Below, piece by piece: positions 52,830 through 64,000 of a stretch of 64,000 nt of DNA (the stretch's first letter is position 1; each line of letters begins with the position of its first letter). The translations under genes were made by a program, and so were the position numbers. Source of the DNA: Camelus dromedarius (Eukaryota); the NCBI RefSeq assembly GCF_036321535.1, contig NC_087436.1, forward strand, positions 98,582,001 to 98,646,000, read 5' to 3'. The notes beneath the pieces are model-generated. The model saw only the letters and a program-made list of their open reading frames with translations. It searched no databases and was not told the DNA's origin.

Positions 52830-53228
52830 TTGAGTTTTCTAGAAATGTGGAAGTGGTCTCTCTGTTGAAGCTAAAAATGAACACTGGAGTGCTTATCTTT
52901 TTATGTAATGTTTACAATGACATATTTACAGTATTCTATAAAAGTATTATAGTATTATACCATGATGGTTTAACAGAGATATTTTGAAAAGTACTGCTTC
53001 AAAGAACACTACAAAAAATACTAGGAAAACTCTAAGTGAAATATAAAGTAAATGAGTGTATTTTCTGCAGGACTCCTCAGAACCTTTAAAATTGAAATGT
53101 GCACTGTGAATCTGCAGCTTAATGTTAAACAGTTTTCCCCAGTGTACTTGAGCCCAGACTTTTTTTTCTTAAACTTCATCTTATGATCTGATGCGACTAG
53201 GATTCCTCAGAACACTTGGGAAATATTT
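52830..53228. mobile_element. Probable hAT-Charlie MITE fragments
   Basis: ctcctcagaacctttaaaattgaaatgtgcactgtgaatct ... cagaacacttgggaaata. Confidence 0.4.
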
Positions 53229-54099
53229 CTTCAAAAATAATTAATGGATGAATGGGAAATGTCATTTTAGTAAGTACGTAGAAATGAAGTTAGCATCTTC
53301 CAGAAATTCCTTAACTGCTTCATTTTCTAGAGGCAGAATCAAGTAGATACTTGGGGGAAAAAATATTCTATTCAGTAAGTAAGATATTAAAAATACAGAA
53401 GAAAAAAAACTGAATTTGACTACCCTGTACCTTTAAATTCAATACATATGGGCTCCTTGAAGACTTACTATGTGCTACTTTCTACTTTTAAACTGCATTT
53501 ATTCAAAGAGCAACAACTGAGGCAATAAAATAATAAACATATTTATATCTTCCCTAAAGGAAACTGGGTTACTAATGGAAATATTCTGGGCTTTACTTTG
53601 CAAACAGTTTTGTGTGCAAAATATTTGAAAATGTAGTTTTGTTGTCTTTTATAACTTTGAAGAGTCCTAGAAGATGATAAACTTTTTTGTTTTTTTTATG
53701 GAGAGACTAGAAACAAATTGACTTCAATATATTTGGCACATTTAATAGGATAGAAACAAAGACAATACATTATGGCAGAAAAAGCTGAGCAGTACTATAG
53801 CCTATTAAATAAGGATATTTTCAGTGCTGCCTGAAGGGCCTGCAGGTACTTTTCATCTCAGAACAATTCTCAGATGCTCTAGCTTGTTTATTCTTTCACC
53901 TGCTTGTTAACTCCCAGTGAACCAAATCACTCTGCATTTCTACCTTGCAGCCCTAGCTTTTCAGAGAGCTTTCTAGGAACCACGCCTAGGCCTTTCTGAA
54001 TGTCAAATCTCTAAAATGATGACTCTCAACAACCAAGATGCTGGTTTTAAACTATAATGTGCAAAGTAAAGTCTTCAGAGTGCCTAAAAGTGTGTATGA

Positions 54100-54840
54100 A
54101 AAACTCTCTAATCTTGAGATTTTGTATATCTAATATAGGGAGACAAACCAAACACAAATAAAACCAGTGAATTGACAGCCAATGTCAAGGCAATATATTC
54201 TGCATTACTAATGAACATTGTCATTGAGTCCATTACCTTCTAAGACTTACCGAGCCCTATGGATTAGACTACTTTGGAACATTTAGTGGAAGAGGAATTT
54301 GAAATGGGAATTCAAAGATGAATAGGACTGAGAGAAAGGGTATTTCAAGCAAGAAGAATATGTGATCAGGAATGGAGAAAATGCAGGACATATTCAAAAC
54401 AGAGAAGTGATCCAACATGGCTAGTTCAGTGATATAGAAAAACTGTAGAAAAAAATTTTACCTAAAATCTCACTAAGATTAGCCAGGGACTCATTGTAAA
54501 TAATAATAAATATTAAGCTACAGTGGTGTTATAAAAGTGTTAAATTTTTGGAAATTCCATGCCACTGAAAATTTTTAAATAACAGGTCAAGCAGATTTTT
54601 AGGAAATTTAATCTGGCTACCATGTGAATGTGGAATTAAAGAGAAAGTCATTAAAAAACCATAAAATGCCTGTTTATAAAAAAAAAAGTCATGCATCAAT
54701 TGATGAGACTAAACTATATTCTTGGCTGTGGAATGAAACAGAAAGGTTATTATGGGAGACACTGCAACTATTGTTACTAATACCAACCAAAAATCATAAT
54801 AGGATAGGAATGAGGAGTCAGTGATTGAAAAAAATTAAAT
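54100..54840 (-). mobile_element. L2 fragments
   Basis: gaatttgaaatgggaattcaaagatgaatagga...gggtatttcaagcaagaagaata; gccactgaaaatttttaaat. Confidence 0.5.
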
Positions 54841-55325
54841 TTATTTCCAAAGCATCAAGCCCATCTAAATAATAGAATTGGTAATGGAACTTTTAAAAAA
54901 ATATGAGAGGAGGCCCACTGGTCAATATTAAAATATATAGACAAGGATGTAAAGACAGAATAATATCTTATACATGTGACCTAGTTTATATATGAGTGGA
55001 TTGAAACTTAGGAGAAAGTTCATAATAAAAATGTAATATTTAGGAATCAACTGCAAACAGATTACATGTGAAGAGGTGACAATGTGTGGTATATCTAGAT
55101 AGCAAGGGAAGCTTAAAAATTTCAAGGAAGCCTTTGCCTGAATTTGGACATGCACTGAATGTGTGGGAACAATATAAGTTTATTCTATAAAGGAGATAGA
55201 AAAAACTACAAGAGGAACTCTTGTATAATGTAATGCAAAAACACCAATGAAAACTTAAATCAAAATTGAGTCAAGCTGTAATATACAAAAACAATGATAG
55301 TGCAAAAATAAGAAGATAATCCATG

Positions 55326-55835
55326 TGTCAGAAGCAAAATAAAGCTTTAATAACTGAAACCAAATAATTCCCTGTCCCCGTGTTAAACAATAATGGGTCC
55401 AGTAATACTTCCTGGTCTGTGTTAAACAATCATGAATGAAGCATAATTTCCTGTTCTTTGCTTAGCAATACTAAGAACAGGCAAAAATAACTCAAATGCT
55501 TACCTCAGGAAATACCAGTTCCTAGACTATAAGACACCAAAACAACTAAGCAGTATCATGACTCAGTTCATGTCCTTCATCTTGCTGCGCCCATAAGTCC
55601 CAAAACCATTACATTATAACAGTCATCCAGCTACTTCCCAACCCTGGAAGTCTCACCTCAACATCACTCAGCTCAAGCCTTTAAAATGCAACTATGCCAT
55701 ACCCCAGTTTTCCCAGTTTTCTGTTTTTAGACACTAAGACCTTTGTCAAGCTGTCGTTCTCCTTTGCTGCACTAAGTCTAAATTATGTGTCATCAATAGA
55801 TCTTCCCAGTGGTCTCTTTTCATAATAAACAGTTG
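55326..55835 (+). mobile_element. ERV-type LTR with internal ~39-bp tandem repeats
   Basis: Repeat units ...gtgttaaacaataatg / ...gtgttaaacaatcatg; U5-like tttagacactaagacctttgtcaagctgtcgttctccttt. Confidence 0.5.
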
Positions 55836-55869
55836 ACTCTCCTGGTGAAGAATCAAGAAGAGGAAGAGC

Positions 55870-56140
55870 TTTCATTCCTTCATTTAAGGAATATTTACCA
55901 AGTGCCTCCTAGGTGCCTGGATATATAGAGTGTGACAAGGCAAAGTCTCACCTCTCACAGGCAGACACTGGGATTGAAAATTAATTATGAAATAGTAAGT
56001 AAATAAATAAACAAGATAATGATTTTCAATGCTAGAAAAAATAAAATAGGGTAAAAAGACAGAATTGCTTGTTAGGACTAATTTAGATTGGTATTATAAG
56101 AAAATGTCTTTAGAGGGTGATACTTTGGGATAAGAACAAA
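55870..56140 (-). mobile_element. L2 3' fragment
   Basis: ttcattccttcatttaaggaatatttaccaagtgcctcctaggtgcctgg. Confidence 0.65.
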
Positions 56141-56289
56141 GGTCTGGGGAGATTTTTTAAAAGTTGCCAGATTTTCAGATCCCTAGTTCCATTATAAAAT
56201 CCTAGTGCCGAGGAAGAAGAGGAGGAGGAGGAGGAGTGCTAAACTGTATCACATGTAAACTGACCAACTCCTTCGTGTGCACTTTCTTT

Positions 56290-56450
56290 TTATACTTTAA
56301 ACAACCATGGGAGGTAAATACTGTTAATATCCCCATTTTATTAAAGAGATAACTGAAGTTAGCAAAATTCAGTCTTTAATGAATTGACATAATTAGTGAA
56401 TGGTAGAACTCAGACATGACCCAGAGCTGCCTAATTAAAAAGGCTATATT
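56290..56450 (-). mobile_element. MIR fragment
   Basis: aacaaccatgggaggtaaatactgttaatatccccatttta...aactgaagttag. Confidence 0.65.
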
Positions 56451-57849
56451 CTTAAGTTAGGTACTATCATGCCAAACATTCACTGCTGCATAGAGGATTA
56501 CTCTCCAGTCTATGGTTATGCTTTCTACACTAAGCTCTTCCTCTAGCCTTACTAGGTGCCATTTGATAAGTGAAAGAACTTGAAATTTATTCTTAAGACC
56601 AGATAGAGATCTACACAAACTGGGAATAATGTTTAAAGGCCTCTCTTTGATTAGAAATTTTGTGATCATACTTGCCTAACCAATCAAAAAATTTTTAAAT
56701 TCTTCCATCATTTACTTTTTTAAATTGACACCAAAATGTAATTACCAGAGAATACAGAGGGCACTGATTCTAGTGAAAGATGCATTTGCCATTCAGAATG
56801 TGTGGTGGCCGTAGGGTGACTGAAAACTTCTGTCAGAGACACTAGCAAACATATTCTGGAACACCCTTCCAGTTTGCTTTTTTCTTACGCTGAAAACTGT
56901 TTATGGCAACTCCTGCCTTAGGGGCTGTGTGGAGCAGTTGTGTTCATTGATTAAAAGAACTAAAGACATATCAAGACAGCGAAACACAAATCAGGGCTTT
57001 CAAAGCACCTAATGATGAAATTTCTTCAGGGCACACACAGTATCTTAAGCTTCTAAACTTCCCATAAAAGATCTTTAAATAATCTCTACCTCATTTAATT
57101 TTTAGAAGGGTGCAATCGCTCTTTGCTGACTGCAATAAAAAAAAATAGAGGTTTCTCAAACTAAGTTGAACAAAGAAAGAATATCTTAGTAAGAATAAAA
57201 CAAAGATTTCATTTGGTTTTACAAATACATATAAATATGGCTAATTTCAGTGCCTCTGTTTTATCCAACACTGTAGGTGACTGAATTGCCTCATTATTTG
57301 AGAATATTGAAGACAAATTTCTGATCTTGAAAAACCTCATTTCAAAACTAAGACATCCAACCTATCTATCCTAGTGCCTCATCCAAATCACAGATTTGCA
57401 TTGAAATTACTTTGTCAGTCTTATAGATCTTCTGTTAAGATTGATTTTGGTATAGTATTGCAGTGTGTACTGATAGAACAAAGGTTCTCTGGATTTAACT
57501 TTATATATTTCGTTCATTACTTTGTGGATAACAACACTGAATCCAGAGAGATTAGTTAACTCATCTACGGTTTATCTGTTGGTCGATGGCAGATAAGCAG
57601 TAAAAGTAGCAACTTACCTGGCTAGTTGTGTCTTATAAGCAATGTTGAGAAGCAATAATTAGAGGGATGTTTGCTTCCAAGTCCTAAGTGAAGAATGACT
57701 TCAAGAAAACTGTAGTTTAGAAGTATTATACAGGATAATGACATTTGTGAGAAAAGGTAAATAATGCTTTCTATAGTGTGGTCATTTTGTGGAATGGTCA
57801 TACTTCTGATAACTTACATGGCTTATATGACAGCAGTTGTGGTAGCAGC

Positions 57850-58760
57850 TTGGGTTTTCAAGAAAGGAGACTTATACTAAGTGTAGTGGGCAGGAAGTTT
57901 ACTAGAGTAGACAATGGAAGGAAGAGGAGAAACAAAAGTGGGCAGAAAGAGAAGCAGATGAAAAGTCTCAGGCAACAGACATTAAACAGCACATCCGTGT
58001 AGCCCCACACTAAGCTAAAATGTCCAGATATGTTGTATTCCTGTTTCCACCTACGGGTCAACCCAAAAAGATGTCACTGTGAGAGAGCCCAATGTTTATG
58101 CTGGAGCATCCCTGAAGAGGCTAAGAGTGAAGCTGTCTGTGCAGCACAAACAGCAATTGAAGCAACCACATCATCATTGAGCAGGAATATCCTGGCCCAT
58201 CGATATTTTGTGCCACTCAGATCCACTTCTTTGTTCAGGGAGCAACTCCTGCATGATTCTGTTAAGTCTTTCTTTCTGGAAGAAACTTAGAAAAGGAAGG
58301 GTAGTAGGATAAGCTACAGGTCCCAACAGCGCAGCTGAGCTCTGGACTGTAATTTACATTTCTCGTCTCCTTCCTCCACTATCCATTCTAGATTCCCCTC
58401 ACCATGTGCTGACACCTCTTTCAGTCCTTGCTTCCCTGTGGGGATAACACTGAAATCATCCTCAAGGTGTCTGAGCCCCTTGTCACTATATTCTTGAGGT
58501 TGCTTCACTTAAACATTTACCATCATAATCAGGTAAGGGAGTGTCAAAAGGAACCCTAGAGGATTACCTGTGTGTTAGCCTGTACTTCCTGCCCTCCATC
58601 AGATAACAGCAGTACTTACCTCCTCCTGTTTACAGGCCACTTCTGCCACAGTAACTCTTCTTCATGCTTGCTGGGCTCTGTACAGAAAGCAGTTATAGTG
58701 ACCAGGTGGCAGCTAGAGCTTATAATTCAGTGACACTCTTGATTGGTTCTCAGACATAAG
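57850..58760 (-). mobile_element. ERVL relic: LTR-like segment plus pol 3' end
   Basis: ORF 58314-58508 EVSAHGEGNLEWIVEEGDEKCKLQSRAQL resembles the ERVL pol C-terminus; similar sequence at 15690-15800. Confidence 0.65.
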
Positions 58761-61184
58761 TATTTCTTCTTTGAGAACTTCATAGTTCTTTATGAAATCT
58801 TTTTTTTGATTCCAAATATATTCAAACCTTTTCCCTTAAACAAATTCTCCATTAGGTATTTCCTAACTCAAATTCTAACATGTCATATCTTTTCCATGCC
58901 TTTGCTTCTTTCCTGAAGACATCTCTGACTTAAGTCAGCCTTTAAAAATGGCTTTACTATACCATCTATCGGTTAGTACACTTAGTATTAGGTACATGTT
59001 ATGGTGTCGCCATTTCCTCATCTGAAAAAAGTGAGGGAAATAACATTCATCTTATAAATGGAACAATGTGTGTAAATGGCCTTTTATATATTAAATACTG
59101 AAAAAAAATAGCTTCCTAACCCTTTCTTCTATCTTATACACCTCTACTAATGACAGCAGAGAAAGTGATGTAAATGACCAGAAAGTTAAGGGTATAGAAT
59201 ATAAAATGGTAAAGCAGAGAGAAAATAAAGGAAAAGAAGAGAATTATTGAATTCTGTGTCAGTTAAAGTAAGTTTTTCTTGCTCTTTATATTTTGTGCAC
59301 ATATTTTCTATACTAGTGAGACCAATAGATGTTTATTGCTTAGGGATAAATACAGGTCTTTTATATTTAAATGTAGCTGGCATCTGAAGCACGATGATGA
59401 ATTAATATGAAGTATCACAATCATTGAATAAAATATGTTTTAGAAAGACAAATGATTTCAATAAGTCAGATACAGTGTATGGATCAATATGAATGCTAAG
59501 AATGAAATCATCTATAATATATTTCAACTTCTTTTTAAGGATTCTCAGGTGATAATTTGTGGGAGGTAGCACCATCAGAAATTTAACAGTAGTCATTTAC
59601 GTTAAAAAGAAAGGATTTATGATAGGTATATTTTTATTCATGAAATAAGATAGATTGGAATTATCCATCATTACTGTCTAGAAGATTTTGGTTTATTATA
59701 ATTTACTTTATAGAGTATTCTGCAGGAAATAGAGTTGGCTAGTGTGCATTTTATTATTAGATTCACATCATTTTTATTCCATAAGTATCAGCTGCCAAAA
59801 ATGTAATGTTATGAAAAAGAGACTAGGAATCTATTAAGAAAAAAAATTTATTTAAATATTTCCTACTTTTTCATGGTTAAAGTCAAGCTTAAAACATCAA
59901 CTCAGAAAATGCAGTTTTGAAATATTTTCTTAATTGTCACAGGTCAGATCATTTAAAATATCAAATCAGAACTGTCATTAGAAATAACGGCTAGATGCAA
60001 ACACAATAGTCTTTTCTGGTGGCAATATTTTGAATAGTATTTTGACTTCACAATACCAAATATCAACATCATAGAAAGTTATTCGTTTGCTCACTAATTA
60101 AAGCTGGCATTTTTGAGCACCTGTAATGTGCCTGAAACTATGCTAGGAACTGTGAACAAAAAACTTAAAATAAATTAAAATAAGGACCTTTGACTTACTT
60201 TAAGTGTGACTATATTTAAAGAAATTTTACTCTAGTAGGCCAAAAAGTAAAAAGCAAACAAACTACACACAGATATAGACCCCCCCCCCCATGATACACA
60301 CACAGATACACTGTGTATGATAAAGATAAACGTGTTATGCAATGTATGCACAATTCCTCTGGTTCTTCTAACATAAGATGAATTCTTCCAAAGATAGAAA
60401 TTAGAAATGGGCAGTCTAAGAAGGAAGAATTTGATGTTCAAAGACATCAAAGACATTCTTCTTCTTCCACATTCCAAAAATGTGGAAGACCATAAGAGGT
60501 CCTAGAAGATGCAAGATATTCCATATAGCTACAACAAGTACTTGCTTTGGGGAGTAAAGAAGGAAGGAATCAGTGGCAAGAAGATCTGGAACAGTCAGTG
60601 GTTGGAACAGATTTCGATGGTCCTCATTGCCATGGTGTTACTTGCAAATTTTATCATCAGTCTTGGAGATACTACTATGAAACTCATCAGAGTGTTTGGA
60701 GAATGAAATTGAGATAGCATATGCAATTTCTACCAGAAAGTTGGATATGTGCCACTAATAGTTGTATAGTAAACGCTAGCACACTTACACAGTTGTAAAC
60801 CAAAGACGTGTTCTAGTCAAAAGCAATGCAATTATCATTTTAGGAAAATGAGAACAAAGTGTTAGTGATGAAAGCTGAGTGTGGGGGTTGTTGGTCAGGG
60901 AGACAAGTTTAAAAATCATTTATAAAGCTTTGGTGAGAAATAATATAAAATAAATATGAAGCTACCACAGTGTAGATAAAGACTTGGAATAGTCAAGAGG
61001 GACAGAAAGAACTGGTTAGAAACACAAAGGACAACATACTCCTTTGAGTTTGAATCAATGACATTATTCTACAAACCTAAATATTTTTATAGCAGAAGCA
61101 GTATTACTTTATCAATGCCTTAAAATTATTCAATAAAACACTTAAATGCATAATTATAACAAGAATACTATTACTTATATTACT

Positions 61185-61370
61185 CTTGGCAGAAGGTAGT
61201 CTATTATTTAACACCTGAGAAAACCCTGTGAAAGAAGATCTATTATTAACTCTATTCTAAAAATACAGAAATTAGTGCTTAACAAGGTAGCAAATGATGG
61301 AACTGGAATTCAACCCCCAATTTTTTACAGTTTCAGAGCTTGAATTCTTAACTCCTACTTTACTGCCTCT
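61185..61370 (-). mobile_element. MIR fragment
   Basis: aaccctgtgaaagaagatctattatt ... aaatgatggaactggaattcaacccc ... cagagcttgaattcttaac. Confidence 0.6.
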
Positions 61371-62909
61371 GCACTAAACCCCATTCACATCTTTAATGAG
61401 TTTAAAATTTAGAAGCTAAAAAATTCAAATCTGAATTAATTTCTATTTGTTATTCAATGATCAATAAAACTCTACTGTTATCAAATCAGATTATATTTCT
61501 ACAGTCTAATTTTTTGGACACAAATATATTTTGAAAATATAGAAAGTTGTCAGAAATGTCATCAAGTCAAAAGGATTTTTGTGTTTTTTGTCTATACATT
61601 GATAATTTTTTTCTTGTGGCTTATTGTTGTTTTTTTCTGGACTTCTTGGACTATATGTTTTCAATCTCATTGTTCTGGATCTCATCATTTTTCTACTTTT
61701 AAAATTAGGGAGACTTTAAATAACTGCCACCCTTCAACAGATGACCCTCCCTCTAACAGGCATTATCCTGAAACTCTTCCGGCATCCCCATGGCATGTTG
61801 GAGAACCTGAGAACTTTAGAAGACGTCACGTGCAGTGCCAGTCATGATTCATTTGGCTGGAAATTCTGGTGTCAGATGCAATTAGGTACAAGAGGGAAAA
61901 AATTCTCTGCCTTTACACTTCGCATTTTGGTAGATTAACTAAAGAGCAAGGATGCCAATAAATGATGTGACACATCTATTTTTATAACCATGTCAAATTA
62001 GAGAAATCTAGGCCACTCATATGTGATTTGTAGAAATACATTCTTAGGAATATTTTACCTTGAGTTTTCCTTGATTTCAGTTTGTTCATACAGTATAGCG
62101 TTTGCAATATTGTATATAGATCCAGGTATACCCTGATAGTATATTCATAGAATGGACTATTAATACACACTGAAAATATAATACACATATCAAAGAGGGA
62201 AGGCTAAATGAGACAAGCTCACCCATCCTAGAGGAGGACAGATTGTCATAGTTCAACTCAACATAGAGTTCACGAAGTAGTTTCTAAAAGTTTGCATTTG
62301 TCATATGCTTACTCTGAGTGTCTTTGCCTTCCATCAGATAGATTCTTGTATAGCAGCCCCTTCCTCATGCAAACAGCACTCTGGCCCTGAAACCTCCAAA
62401 TCCTCAAGATAAATAGGCAGAAAAGGGCTTTGAAAATGCAACCCATGGCAGAGAAGATGACAAAATTCTTATTAAAGGAATGTATAGAAGTCATGATAAT
62501 TGGCATGCACTAATCATTATAGTCTGATAGTCTACTGTGAGACCATCTCCTAATGATGACTCTCTCTTCCTCCTTTGGGTCTTGAATCTGTGACTCCCAT
62601 GCAACAGTGGAACATGAAGGAATTGACAGTCTGACATACTTGCCTGGAAACTGAGAACAAGATAAGATGGAAATGAGAGTTGAATGGGAAATGAGAGACG
62701 GCAGTTGAAGAGTAGGATAGCTTGGCAGTGAGGGTGGGGAGTTCTCAAAGGTGGGAGAAGGAAGGTAGCACAAAAGTAGAGTAAATATCAGGAGATACAA
62801 GGGTTCATTCACAGGTCTACTATCTACTGTGGATGAAAGCAGAATCAATCTCTTTCTTTCTCTTTTTCCTTCTCTCTTCTTTTCCTGAGAGGAAGTACAA
62901 ATTGTGTCT

Positions 62910-63120
62910 TAGATCATGCAAATTTAAAACAAAACTATCTGTGTTTCCAGTTTCACTACTTCTTACTGACTTGCATAAGTACATAACCTCTCTTTACCTT
63001 AGTTTTCTCATCCATAAAATGGGTAGAATGATAATATTATACTCATAGAGGTGTTGCTGTGATTAAATGAGTTAATACTAATGAAATATTTGGAAGAGTG
63101 CTTGAAACTATAAGTGTTAG
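62910..63120 (+). mobile_element. MIR SINE
   Basis: taacctctctttaccttagttttctcatccataaaatgggtagaatgataatattatactcatagaggtgttgctgtgattaaatgagttaata. Confidence 0.85.
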
Positions 63121-63436
63121 AAAAAATTAAATTACAATTATAATTTCATGGAGTTTTTTCATTCGCTTGTCCAGGTTTTCGTCATCATCGCCTCCTATAT
63201 ATTTAAAATTTCTAAGTGTTTATGACAGGTCCTCTTAAATCCTGCCTAAGGCCTGATAACTTCAAGGCAATTAACCACCAGAATATTGGATTCCCTAGGA
63301 CCATAAATCATGTGAAAATGCCCCTTGTATTATGATTTTTAAGGCCTCAGAATCTGGCAGTCTTCTCTAACAATTTGCCTTTGTATCTGAAACTTCCATC
63401 ATTAGAGTAGGTGACCATTCTAATTTTTTTAATCCA

Positions 63437-63560
63437 CAGGGCAACCATTTAAATTTATATCCAAACTGGGGCACTTTTAAGAATAAAAGGGCATATTATA
63501 AATAATTACACTGGCACAATTGGGGCTGGGAAAATCAATATATATGGTATGGTCACCCTA
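63437..63560. mobile_element. hAT-Blackjack MITE (MER94/MER81-like)
   Basis: cagggcaaccatttaaatttatatccaaactggggcactttt ... atggtcacccta terminal inverted repeats. Confidence 0.7.
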
Positions 63561-63739
63561 GGATTAAATCTCTGTCCAGAGGTCCCTGTTAAAACATAAA
63601 TATGGTACCTGTAAGGGCAGCCTGATTTGCTCACAGGTTCACATAACTCATCAGGTTGACCTGTCAATGAGCTGAATCCAGAAGAAGTAGAATATAGACT
63701 AGGTAAGCCTTGGTCTGGTGTACAAAGTCTTGGTAAAAA

Positions 63740-64000
63740 TAAAAAGCAGTGATTTTATGAAGAGGTAAGTTCAGTAAAGGTGTTTATGTGTGAGACCCTG
63801 AAATAAGGGCTTCACACAGGGATCAAAAGAAGAGGGAAAACGTAAGAGAATAATCTTGGAATAAGACAGCCTTGTTGTGTGAGTCAGTGACACAAGGGTT
63901 GGGAAAAAATTTACCAGAGGCCAAGTATAAGAACAGAAAGGAGTCTATTAGGGTACACTGCCACAGAAAACAGTGGGCCACACAGGCAAGAGGTGCCCGA
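63740..64000 (-). mobile_element. L2 fragment
   Basis: gagaccctgaaataagg ... cagccttg ... ttaccagaggccaag. Confidence 0.4.

Overview
AT-rich, repeat-dense placental-mammal DNA that reads as intronic or intergenic. The tRNA-derived SINE heads (GGGAGGGTATAGCTCA..., resembling camelid Vic-1) and the absence of recognisable Alu or ruminant SINEs suggest a camelid; this is inference. No intact protein-coding gene can be called with confidence. Solid calls: two 5'-truncated LINE-1 ORF2 copies with target-site duplications (5074-6280, 19704-21286), a short L1 3'UTR insertion with TSD, two tRNA-SINEs with TSDs, a degraded SNRPD3 processed pseudogene (34531-34895), an ERV LTR with a 6-bp TSD (28357-28963), two ERVL relics, and many old MIR, L2, L1M, MaLR and hAT fragments. 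Almost all ORF-track entries are repeat-derived or random. Most interesting but unproven: a phase-compatible chain of + strand micro-exon candidates (550-10803) with possible terminal exons at 14971 or 23319, an LTR that appears to keep a PBS remnant, and candidate L1 3' transductions. I see no evidence for a new biological system. Boundaries and family names of old repeats are by eye and approximate.
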